A DNA stretch of 64,000 nt, taken from an uncultured Chromatiales bacterium (GTDB lineage Bacteria; Pseudomonadota; Gammaproteobacteria; SZUA-140). The position numbers were made by a program, and so were the translations under genes. The DNA is taken from assembly GCA_964581365.1 (NCBI GenBank), contig CAZOOF010000003.1:28042-92041 (forward strand), written 5' to 3'. Below are positions 43,299 to 51,603 of the stretch, piece after piece; within the stretch, counting starts at the first letter, position 1; each line of letters starts with the position of its first letter. The notes under the pieces are model-generated. The model was not told the DNA's origin, ran no database searches, and saw nothing but the letters and a program-made list of their open reading frames with translations.

Positions 43299-44356
43299 CC
43301 TCGACTCGTGCCTTGCCGCGTATAGATGAGGCCATCCGGCGGCGCCGCAAGCGCTACCTGACGGCGACGATTATCACCTGTATTGCTCTTGCCATGGTCG
43401 GTGGGAGCCTGCACATCGTGCAGCTCGGAGCCAAGCGCATGGAGGAGATGCGGGGCAAGGCGAGCTACGATGTCAGTGAGATGCGCTCGCGGATTCGGGC
43501 TGCTGGCGAGGAACTTCATCGTCACCGCCTCCACGAGGAAAGACAGACATTCGTCGAGTCCTATTCGGTGGAGGAGGCCGAGGCACTGCTCACGCCGGAG
43601 CAGTGGGCCGAGCTGGAGACGATGGTGACGATTCCCGCTGGGCCCTTCATCATCGGTACTAACCGGCCACGCAGCGCCGTGCAGGATCAGCCTGAACACC
43701 GGATAAATCTCCCTGCCTTCCGCATCGACACGTATCCGGTAACGAATGCGCAGTATGCCCGCTTTGTCGCGGCCACCGGGCATCGCCCGCCGCTGAACTG
43801 GGATCAGGGCCGGATTCGCCCGGGTACCGAGCTGCATCCGGTCACCATGGTTTCCTGGTATGACGCTAACGCGTATGCCAGCTGGGCCGGGAAGCGTCTG
43901 CCGACGGAAGCTGAGTGGGAAAAGGCCGCGCGAGGACCGGATGGCAAGCGCTGGCCATGGGGTGATCTCATGGATGCATCGCGCCTCAATACCTATTACA
44001 ACGTGGGCCGGACCACCGAGGTGACGCGTTACGTCTCCGGCGCCAGCGAGTACGGTGTCATGGACCTTGCCGGCAACGTCAGTGAGTGGACGAATGACAA
44101 CTTTCGCCCCTATCCCGGCAGCGATGCGCCGCCGGAGGTGTTCGAGGCGAAGATTGCGGTGGCCACAACGCCGCTGGATGAGGCAATGCAAGTTGTGGAT
44201 TTGGTCCCGGTGGACGGCAGCTACAAGGTGCTGCGCGGGGGTTCGTGGAAGAGCGACCCGTTCTCGACCGCTGCCTACCATCGGAATTATTCATGGCCGC
44301 ACTACGCTTCCGACTTCTTCGGGTTCCGGACGGCGGCAGATATCGTTACGGAATGA
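43295..44356 (+). CDS. Membrane-anchored FGE-sulfatase (NirV/pFGE-like) domain protein
   Basis: YPVTNAQY, RLPTEAEWEKAARG, DLAGNVSEW, RGGSW, GFR. Confidence 0.9.
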   Translation: MTSTRALPRIDEAIRRRRKRYLTATIITCIALAMVGGSLHIVQLGAKRMEEMRGKASYDVSEMRSRIRAAGEELHRHRLHEERQTFVESYSVEEAEALLTPEQWAELETMVTIPAGPFIIGTNRPRSAVQDQPEHRINLPAFRIDTYPVTNAQYARFVAATGHRPPLNWDQGRIRPGTELHPVTMVSWYDANAYASWAGKRLPTEAEWEKAARGPDGKRWPWGDLMDASRLNTYYNVGRTTEVTRYVSGASEYGVMDLAGNVSEWTNDNFRPYPGSDAPPEVFEAKIAVATTPLDEAMQVVDLVPVDGSYKVLRGGSWKSDPFSTAAYHRNYSWPHYASDFFGFRTAADIVTE

Positions 44357-44601
44357 TGAACGCTACGACTCTACGCAAGCTCTGGCTGTACTGTACGCTG
44401 GCCTTGCTGCCGCTGATGCCGGGGACCTCCCTTGCGTTCGACAGTTACAGGTACCTGCATGTCACCATCGACACGATCTGGTACATATTCGTGTTCCTGC
44501 TGCTCATTCTGCTGGTTCCATTCATCCTCATGGCAATCCTTTACTGGTGGACTCTGCGCCAGCGCAAGCTGGACAGCGAGCACTCCGAACCGAAACCCTG
44601 A
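44353..44601 (+). CDS. Small protein with signal peptide and one TM
   Basis: MMNATT...SLA/FDSYRY then a 25-aa hydrophobic helix; ATGA overlap. Confidence 0.65.
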   Translation: MMNATTLRKLWLYCTLALLPLMPGTSLAFDSYRYLHVTIDTIWYIFVFLLLILLVPFILMAILYWWTLRQRKLDSEHSEPKP

Positions 44602-44617
44602 TCAGGGGCAGCACCAC

Positions 44618-44995
44618 GTGCACGCACGCTTTCACACCGCTGTCTGCGCCTTTCTGATGCTGCTGGTGGCAGCGCTGATGCTGGCGCCGGCCGGCGCCCG
44701 GGCGGCGGCGGCCGAACAGGGCACATCTTCCGATACCCAGGTGATTCAGGCATTTTCCGAGGCAATGCGTGAGAGTGCGCAACGCGCCGAAATCACCGAG
44801 CAGCGCAAACACGCCATTCTGTTTCTGATGGGCGTCGTGCTGCTGGTCTGCATGCTTGGCACCGCTGGCCTGGGTGTGGCTATGGCAATCTTTGGCAAGA
44901 AGGTGTTTGTGGCGCACACGATCTTTGCCGGACTCAGCGTTACTCTCGCCCTGGCGCATGCCGTGGTCGCAGTCGTCTGGTTCTGGCCGTTCTGA
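44618..44995 (+). CDS. Small membrane protein with H-x13-H helix
   Basis: GTG start, signal peptide, 2 TM, HTIFAGLSVTLALAH. Confidence 0.7.
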   Translation: MHARFHTAVCAFLMLLVAALMLAPAGARAAAAEQGTSSDTQVIQAFSEAMRESAQRAEITEQRKHAILFLMGVVLLVCMLGTAGLGVAMAIFGKKVFVAHTIFAGLSVTLALAHAVVAVVWFWPF

Positions 44996-45063
44996 CCATC
45001 GCTCTGGCGACCCCGGGATCGCCCGCAAATGACGCGATCATCCACCGATCAGGCGGCTCTTCG

Positions 45064-47688
45064 ATGAGCCGCCGTTTCCTTTATCTGCTTTACGCCTGTT
45101 CGGGAGCGACCAGCCTCGCCTTCGAGGTGTTGTGGGCGCGCATGCTTTCCCTGCAGTTCGGCGTCAGTATCTTCGGTGTCGTGGTGACCATCGCCGCCTT
45201 CATGGCCGGTCTGGGCCTCGGCTCGCTGTTCGGTCTGCGGCTGGGGCGGACCAGCCGCAGACCTCTGGTCGCTTTTGCCTGTCTGGAGGGGGGCATTGCC
45301 ATCTATGCGCTGGCATTGCCGTCGCTGCTGTCGGGTGCCGAATCTTTCCTGTTGCAAGTGGCTGCCGGGGCGCCACTACAGACCTGGTATCTGTTTCAGT
45401 CCGTCGCGCTGCTGGCGCTGATTCTGCTGCCGGCTGTGGCGATGGGCGCGGGCTTCCCCCTGGTGCTCAAGGCGCTCGGCGCGCGCCCGCATGTCCTCGG
45501 CACCCTGTATGGTGTCAACGCATTCGGTGCCGCTCTGGGCGCTTTGCTGCCCCTGTGGCTGCTGCCCCGGTTTGGTTGGATGGCGGCAGTCGAAGCGGTA
45601 GCTGTGCTCGGTCTGCTGGTGGGTACATTCGCTGGCGCGCTCGCCTGGCGCGGCGAGTTTCGTGTGATTCCCGAACCGGGGATGAGGGCGGTCGATCGGC
45701 AGCGGCCAGCTCTGGTCTCACTGGTGGCCTACGCGGTCATTGGCGCCGCTGCCATCATGCTCGAGGTGGCCTGGACCCGCCTGTACGGGATGGTTCTGCT
45801 GCGCACCGAGTATGTGATGGCGGTGATTCTCGCCGTCTATCTCCTCGGTATCGGCGGCGGCAGTCTGCTTGCGCGCTGGCTGCGAGATTCGCGCTGGCTG
45901 GCCGTGTTCCCTCTGGCGGCCGCATTGCTGGCTTTACCCAGCCTGTGGCTCTTGCCGGCGATCTCGACCTGGTCGCAGGGTCAGGATTTCGGTTCTCTAT
46001 GGACGGCGCTGCTGGCTGAAGGGCTGGTGTTGGCGGCAGTGACTTTGCCTGTGACACTGCTGCTTGGCGCCTGGCTGCCGCTGCTCGCCCGGCGCTACGG
46101 CGACGAGGGATCATTCGGCCCGCTGTTCTACGGCGTGAACTCGGTCGGTTCGGCGCTGGGGGGCCTGCTCGCCGGTTTCGTGTTGATTCCATTGCTCGGG
46201 ACACCGGCAACCCTGGTGGCGGCGGCGCTCGCGCTTTTCGTTGCCGGTTGCGTCTGGGCTCCGTCCCCTCGTATCTGGCTGGCCTTCCCCCTGCTGCTCG
46301 TCGCGTTCTGGCCGGTGACGGATTTCCCTCCGGTTGCCAGGCTGGTGCCCGGGATGCACGCCGCCAGTGAGGACCTGTACCGCTATGAGGACGCGATGGC
46401 GATCACGCACGTGATCGAGCAGGCCGATGGGCAGCGTCTGCTGCTGAGCGATCTGCAGCGTATGGATGCCTCCAGCGAGCAGGCTGCGGTCGAACTGCAG
46501 AAGAACCAGGCGCGACTGCCGCTGATGCTGCATCCCCGTGCGGAATCGATCCTGTTTCTGGGGCTGGGGACGGGTATATCGGCTGCCGGCGCGCTCGAGT
46601 TTCCGGAGCTGCAGAAGCGCGCTGCGGTCGAGCTTTCGCTCGGTTCGATTCGCGCCGCGCGGGACTGGTTCGCTCCGGTCAATGAGGGGGTCATCGGACA
46701 GATGACCGTGGTGCGCGATGATGCCCGCCGTTATCTCATGGCGGATGAGGCTCAATGGGATGTCATCGTCGGTGACGTGTTTCATCCCGATCTGGTCGGA
46801 CGCAGCGCGCTGCTGTCCGTTCAGCAGTTCGAGCGTGCACGCTCACGTCTGGCACCGCAGGGCATTTTCGTGCAATGGCTGGCTCTGAACCAGTTCGACC
46901 ACGATTCCCTGCAGGTGGTGCTGCGCAGTTTTTCCCGGGTGTTCCCGGACGGCGTGATGTTCATGGACGGGTTTCGCATCGCGATGGTCGGCGGCCTGGG
47001 GGGAAGGGACCCGGTTCGCTGGATGGATTCGCTCCGCGCCCGCGACGAGGCTCTGGAGGCTGGCGAAGGAATCTGGACCTGGCTCGGGCGCTATTGGGGC
47101 ACGATTCCGCCGGATGACGGCGGACCGGTGCAGGATGAGTGGCGTCCCCATATCGAGTTCCGTCTGCCACAAGCGCGCTATGGCGGTGGCCTGGGACTCG
47201 ATCAGTTGCTCGATTGGTTGCTGCGCATCCGTCCTGAGTCGTCGCGCGCCGCCAGCGAGCTTGGCGTGACGCCCGCCGACCGCGAACGTTTCGAGGCCTG
47301 CTATACAGCCTCGGATCTGGCACTGAAAGCCTGGCTTGCGGGACTGAGGGGCGATGTGCCCCAGTCGCGGCGTCTGCTGCGCTTTGCCTGGGAAGCGAAC
47401 CCGGAGGATCGCTGGACAGGTTTCTCGCTGGCGGACAATATTCTTGCGGAACTGCAGGAATCACCGCGGGGGCTGGAGGACAGGCGTCGCGTACTGGAGG
47501 CCGTGCTTTCCATCAGGCCGGATCATGCCGATACCCTGCGCGCGCTGTGGCATCTCGACGCCGCCCTGGGGCGCCATGAGAGCGCTGCGGCCTGGTTCGA
47601 GCGCCTTGCCGAAGTCAGTCCGCTCGATCGCGAGGTGACGGCAGCGCGGGCTGCTGAGCACGGTGCGGCAACGCCGCCTCCAAAGTGA
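45064..47688 (+). CDS. Fused polytopic membrane domain plus spermidine-synthase-like SAM-binding domain
   Basis: Duplicated TM motifs (EVLWAR/EVAWTR; YGVNAFG/YGVNSVG), LFLGLGTGI, DARRYL, DVIVGDVFHP. Confidence 0.85.
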   Translation: MSRRFLYLLYACSGATSLAFEVLWARMLSLQFGVSIFGVVVTIAAFMAGLGLGSLFGLRLGRTSRRPLVAFACLEGGIAIYALALPSLLSGAESFLLQVAAGAPLQTWYLFQSVALLALILLPAVAMGAGFPLVLKALGARPHVLGTLYGVNAFGAALGALLPLWLLPRFGWMAAVEAVAVLGLLVGTFAGALAWRGEFRVIPEPGMRAVDRQRPALVSLVAYAVIGAAAIMLEVAWTRLYGMVLLRTEYVMAVILAVYLLGIGGGSLLARWLRDSRWLAVFPLAAALLALPSLWLLPAISTWSQGQDFGSLWTALLAEGLVLAAVTLPVTLLLGAWLPLLARRYGDEGSFGPLFYGVNSVGSALGGLLAGFVLIPLLGTPATLVAAALALFVAGCVWAPSPRIWLAFPLLLVAFWPVTDFPPVARLVPGMHAASEDLYRYEDAMAITHVIEQADGQRLLLSDLQRMDASSEQAAVELQKNQARLPLMLHPRAESILFLGLGTGISAAGALEFPELQKRAAVELSLGSIRAARDWFAPVNEGVIGQMTVVRDDARRYLMADEAQWDVIVGDVFHPDLVGRSALLSVQQFERARSRLAPQGIFVQWLALNQFDHDSLQVVLRSFSRVFPDGVMFMDGFRIAMVGGLGGRDPVRWMDSLRARDEALEAGEGIWTWLGRYWGTIPPDDGGPVQDEWRPHIEFRLPQARYGGGLGLDQLLDWLLRIRPESSRAASELGVTPADRERFEACYTASDLALKAWLAGLRGDVPQSRRLLRFAWEANPEDRWTGFSLADNILAELQESPRGLEDRRRVLEAVLSIRPDHADTLRALWHLDAALGRHESAAAWFERLAEVSPLDREVTAARAAEHGAATPPPK

Positions 47689-47720
47689 AAAATAGCCTGC
47701 TACATGCTAGAATTCGCAAT

Positions 47721-49049
47721 ATGTACCACTCCAAGGCACTGTCCAGTATCCCGGTCGTAGTGACCGCGGACGCAAGGGCCGGACGGAGATTGCGCGGAAG
47801 GCGTCGTGCGGTACAGCTCGGCACCCTCCTGCTCGCGATGCTCATTCCGCTGTCCGGTCTATTCCGTATCGATCCGGTGGCTGGCGCCTTCGTGGTGCTC
47901 GACCGTCAGATCTGGTTCGCCGATTTCTACATCGTCGTCGGCCTGTGGATGGCTGTTTCCAGTGTGCTGGTCCTGACCTATTCCTTGGTGGGAACCGCAT
48001 TCTGCGGCTGGTCCTGCCCGCAGAATACGCTGGCGGAGTGGGCCAACCGCATGACGACACGGCTGCTGGGGAAGCGTGCCCAAATCAATCTCGACGGGGA
48101 ACCGATCAAGGTTTCCGCGGGCAAGGACAAGGCGCTCAACTGGGTGATTCTCGGCAGCCTGTTCCTGCTCGCCGCGATGGTGATCGCCATCATTCCGATG
48201 CTGTATTTCTACACGCCCGAGCTGATCTGGCGCTTCATCACTTTCCAGCACGACGCCCGACTGGCTGATTCCCTGCACTGGATCTACATGATCTTCGTGC
48301 TGGTGATGTTCGTGAACATCGCCTTCGTGCGCCATTTCTGGTGCCGCTTCATGTGTGTGTACCGGGTCTGGCAGCATACCTTCAAGACGCGCGAAACGCT
48401 GCATATCGCCCATGACAAGAGTCAGCCCGACGAGTGCGCGCGCTGCAACTTCTGTGAAACCTCGTGTTTCATCGGCATCGATCCGCGTGAAACGGTGGTC
48501 TATGATGCCTGTATCAATTGCGGCGATTGCATTACCGCGTGCAGTTCGATTCGCGGTGCGCGCAAGACCGGCAACAGCCTGCTGCGATTCGAATTCGGGG
48601 AGCGCAGCGAAGAGGCGGACAGACAGCAGGATCGCGGCCGCCACAGTAACGTCGGTTCCGTGATGAAGCGCGCTCCCTGGGCGACGGCGCTGACCGTCTT
48701 TGGTCTGGTTCTGTTCGCCTGGGGCATCATCACCTATGATCCCGTCCATCACACGGTTTACCGTGCCGAGTCGGTGCAGGGCGGGCAGATCAACGATTAT
48801 CGCGTCAACGTCGCGAACAAGCTCTATCGGCCCATGAGTCTGACCGTGAGCTTGGAGGGCCTGCCGGACGGGGCGTATCGACTGGCGTCTGGCGTGGTTG
48901 ATTTTACCGAAGCCGGTCGGCAGGACGTCCGTCTGGAAATCGCCAATTCCCTGTCCCCCGGACTGTATCCGTTCCTGGTGCATGTCGATTCCGAGGACGG
49001 CAAGCGGCGCACGTTCCGCGTCCATCATTTGGTCCAGGAGGGTGCATGA
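47721..49049 (+). CDS. ccoG: CcoG/FixG-like 4Fe-4S membrane protein
   Basis: CGWSCPQ, WCRFMC, CARCNFCETSC, CINCGDCITAC; C-terminal Ig-like domain. Confidence 0.82.
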   Translation: MYHSKALSSIPVVVTADARAGRRLRGRRRAVQLGTLLLAMLIPLSGLFRIDPVAGAFVVLDRQIWFADFYIVVGLWMAVSSVLVLTYSLVGTAFCGWSCPQNTLAEWANRMTTRLLGKRAQINLDGEPIKVSAGKDKALNWVILGSLFLLAAMVIAIIPMLYFYTPELIWRFITFQHDARLADSLHWIYMIFVLVMFVNIAFVRHFWCRFMCVYRVWQHTFKTRETLHIAHDKSQPDECARCNFCETSCFIGIDPRETVVYDACINCGDCITACSSIRGARKTGNSLLRFEFGERSEEADRQQDRGRHSNVGSVMKRAPWATALTVFGLVLFAWGIITYDPVHHTVYRAESVQGGQINDYRVNVANKLYRPMSLTVSLEGLPDGAYRLASGVVDFTEAGRQDVRLEIANSLSPGLYPFLVHVDSEDGKRRTFRVHHLVQEGA

Positions 49050-49507
49050 GTTCGGACAAGTCTACGCAGGAAGCAAAGGGCAAGGATACGCGCCCGCTGG
49101 ATCCGGTAGAGTCAGAGTGGGGTCAAGTCTCGCCGGACCATTACGGTTATGCCTCCGAGGAGGAGCGGCTGGCGAAGCGCGGCCTCGAGGACTGGGAGCT
49201 GGTCGATCGGATCTCCGAGTCACAACGCGGTGTGCCGGTGTGGTTCATTGCGGTGATCATCATGGTGCTGCTGGTTGCCATCGGTCTCAGTTTCCCGTTC
49301 TGGGGAGACCGGCCGGGCTACGAGCGCGAATGGATCAACTGGGGTTTTGGTGCCGCAATCGTCTATCTGCTGATCTTCGGCACTTTCGTCTATTTCATGG
49401 TGCAGCTGTACGGTTCGCGCTGGGCAGGGCGCCTGGACTCCGACCCAGACAAGAGCGACGAAAAGAACGCGACGTCCGAAAGGAAGGATGCCGGCGACGC
49501 TCCATGA
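49046..49507 (+). CDS. 2-TM paralogue of the heme-less CcoP-like subunit
   Basis: ISESQRGVP..TM..LSFPFWGDRP versus ITEDNNRLP..TM..MTFPLWGQRP in 40808-41443. Confidence 0.7.
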   Translation: MSSDKSTQEAKGKDTRPLDPVESEWGQVSPDHYGYASEEERLAKRGLEDWELVDRISESQRGVPVWFIAVIIMVLLVAIGLSFPFWGDRPGYEREWINWGFGAAIVYLLIFGTFVYFMVQLYGSRWAGRLDSDPDKSDEKNATSERKDAGDAP

Positions 49508-49824
49508 TCCGTGCTGTCGTAGTCGCTGCTCTGCTGCTGTTGATGGCAGGATGCTCGGGAGATTCCGCTCCCACATCCTCCGCGCCCGCGGCTTCGTCCG
49601 CAGACAAGTCCTCGCGTAATATAAACCGGACCTATCTGCATTATTGCAGTGGCTGCCACGGTGCGCCGCGTCCGGGTCAACACACAGCGCGGGAATGGCC
49701 CAGCATCGTCGCTCGCATGCAGCAGCGTCGGATCAGCGCCCGGCTCGGTCCGATTCCGCCGCAGGAACTGCGCGAGATTCTCGATTATCTCCAGGAGAAT
49801 TCGGCGGGCGGTCCGCTGCAATGA
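49504..49824 (+). CDS. Small monoheme cytochrome c lipoprotein
   Basis: Lipobox MAGC, Ser-rich linker, CSGCH, WPSIVARM. Confidence 0.85.
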   Translation: MIRAVVVAALLLLMAGCSGDSAPTSSAPAASSADKSSRNINRTYLHYCSGCHGAPRPGQHTAREWPSIVARMQQRRISARLGPIPPQELREILDYLQENSAGGPLQ

Positions 49825-50219
49825 GAGGCGATATGTTCAGAGTTCTGGTTTTCCTCGTCTCCGGCCTGATGCTGCTCACCGCCTGTACGGACGGGAAGGA
49901 GCATGCCCAGCTGGAACCGCAGCACTGGGAAGATATGGTCGTCGCCGTGGAGTTCCGTCCCGTGCCCTTGCGTCCCGGCATGACTGAATTCATGGTGATT
50001 GCGACCCGAGTCGACCGCACCAGGGCGGACGACATGATCGTCGCCCTGCGCAGCGATCCGGGCGCTTCATGGCAGCAGGCGATCCAGGATGGCAAGACGG
50101 GCGTCTATCGCCGGGCAGTACCGCTGCGTGAGGGCGAGCAGATTCTGTATGTCGAGCTCCGGCGCGGTCTGGAGCGGAAGGTGCTCGAGTATCCGGTGCG
50201 GGTAGGCCCAAGTCGCTAG
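49821..50219 (+). CDS. Lipoprotein, possibly FixH/YtkA-like
   Basis: Lipobox LTAC; beta-strand pattern ending G-x-Y...L-x-x-G. Confidence 0.6.
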   Translation: MRGDMFRVLVFLVSGLMLLTACTDGKEHAQLEPQHWEDMVVAVEFRPVPLRPGMTEFMVIATRVDRTRADDMIVALRSDPGASWQQAIQDGKTGVYRRAVPLREGEQILYVELRRGLERKVLEYPVRVGPSR

Positions 50220-50231
50220 ACTTCGGCCGGT

Positions 50232-50756
50232 TCAGGCCTCATTGCCGGAAGGTCGCCGGCGCTTTGCCAGCGTCCTGCTCTGCCGCCAATGGCGAAGGAG
50301 CAGAATCTTTTCTCCCCCCCGCGCTTCGGCGCAGCGCGAACAGGTCAGATGACCGAGCAGGAGCTCGCGAGGCATCTTGCCGGCATCGAGCAGACGACTC
50401 TGGATATCTCGCACTACCGGCCGCAGGCTGCCAAGGTTTCCCTGATGGAGCCAGGCGTAAACCTGATAGGGGCGGGGGAGCCAGCCGACCAGGTGCGAAG
50501 GTGACTGGGTATTCTCCAGCAGGCGAATGAGGGTGCCGCGGAACATTCCGGTACGCACCAAGGCCAGCCCCGGCCATTTCTCCTTCAGTCCGAGGCGATC
50601 GATGTTGGCCTGTTGCCGATGCAACTGCGCGTCATACCCGATCGGCATGTGCAGGAGCATCGGAACCTGTACCCGATGGACACAATGTCCACCGAGATCA
50701 ACGTCCTGCGCATGCCAATCAGGCCAGGTCGACGGGCATCCGCATTCCAGGATCAT
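50232..50756 (-). CDS. Conserved hypothetical protein with CxC and CxxC motifs
   Basis: ECGCP at the N-terminus and TCSRC near the C-terminus; ATGA overlap with the upstream gene. Confidence 0.7.
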   Translation of the reverse strand: MILECGCPSTWPDWHAQDVDLGGHCVHRVQVPMLLHMPIGYDAQLHRQQANIDRLGLKEKWPGLALVRTGMFRGTLIRLLENTQSPSHLVGWLPRPYQVYAWLHQGNLGSLRPVVRDIQSRLLDAGKMPRELLLGHLTCSRCAEARGGEKILLLRHWRQSRTLAKRRRPSGNEA

Positions 50757-51271
50757 GCCTTTCGCGAGTAAACCGTTCGCGCCGTCATGAATACGTTGGC
50801 GAAGAAGATCCAGAAGCCCATACCCATTGCCGTCGAGATGGTGGCGATCAGGGGGCGATAGTAGCGGTGAATCTCGTAGATGGCATCCGTCTCACCCTGC
50901 AGCAGCAGGCGGCCTTCAGTGATGCCGAAAATCATGAGCGTGGAATAAAAACCGGCCACGCCGAGCGCGGTCCACCAGAACGAGTGATCCACCAGCCGCA
51001 TGGACCAGATCGGACGCTTGGAGATGGTGGCAAACAGGTAGTAGGTGACCGCCATGCACAAGAGTACTACCCCGCCCACCACATTGATATGGGCATGGGC
51101 GAGTGGGTCGATCATGTGTCCGGGACCACCGTACGGGCTGCCGATCGAATCCAGCCACGCCCGCACTGGCGGGATTACCTGGATGACGCCATGAACCGTG
51201 CCGATGAAGAAGAATGTGGCCGAACCTACTAGAAATTTCAGTAGCTTACGCAGATCCTGTTCTGCTGACAT
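50753..51271 (-). CDS. Stand-alone 4-TM heme-copper oxidase repeat protein (HCOH-type) no. 2
   Basis: LAHAHINVVGG...YYLFATISKRPIWS...HSFWW. Confidence 0.8.
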   Translation of the reverse strand: MSAEQDLRKLLKFLVGSATFFFIGTVHGVIQVIPPVRAWLDSIGSPYGGPGHMIDPLAHAHINVVGGVVLLCMAVTYYLFATISKRPIWSMRLVDHSFWWTALGVAGFYSTLMIFGITEGRLLLQGETDAIYEIHRYYRPLIATISTAMGMGFWIFFANVFMTARTVYSRKA

Positions 51272-51318
51272 ATCCTGCCCCGATGGCGCTGGCACAAGGC
51301 GCGCGGGTTGTCTGGCTG

Positions 51319-51351
51319 AAAAAAAACCCGGCGTGCGGCCGGGCTTTTATT
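51319..51351 (-). terminator. Intrinsic terminator
   Basis: Minus strand GCCCGGC-loop-GCCGGG followed by T8. Confidence 0.8.
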
Positions 51352-51366
51352 GATACGGCGCCGCAA

Positions 51367-51474
51367 TTACTTCTTGCGGTTGATGCTCTCCAAGGCGCGC
51401 TCGCTGATGTAACCGCCCAAGAACACGCTGAGACCAAAGAAGATAATGATCGGCACCAGAATTTCCGGCCACAT
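51367..51474 (-). CDS. 35-aa single-TM microprotein MWPEILVPIIIFFGLSVFLGGYISERALESINRKK
   Basis: RBS GGGGAGGG 8 nt upstream, own terminator; not in ORF track. Confidence 0.75.
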   Translation of the reverse strand: MWPEILVPIIIFFGLSVFLGGYISERALESINRKK

Positions 51475-51603
51475 GAGTCAAGCCCTCCCCATAGGGTTGA
51501 TTAGCATATTGCTTGCGGGCAGTTTAGCGGATCACTCCGACTGAGGCAAGCCACGGTTTCCCCTGCATGATTGCCCCGGATTGCGGGGCGGCAGCACCCC
51601 GAT

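Noticed and set aside
38229-49028. Long antisense ORFs opposite ccoN and ccoG (38229-39809, 47859-49028)
   Set aside because: H/D/Q-rich composition typical of the reverse complement of membrane-protein genes.
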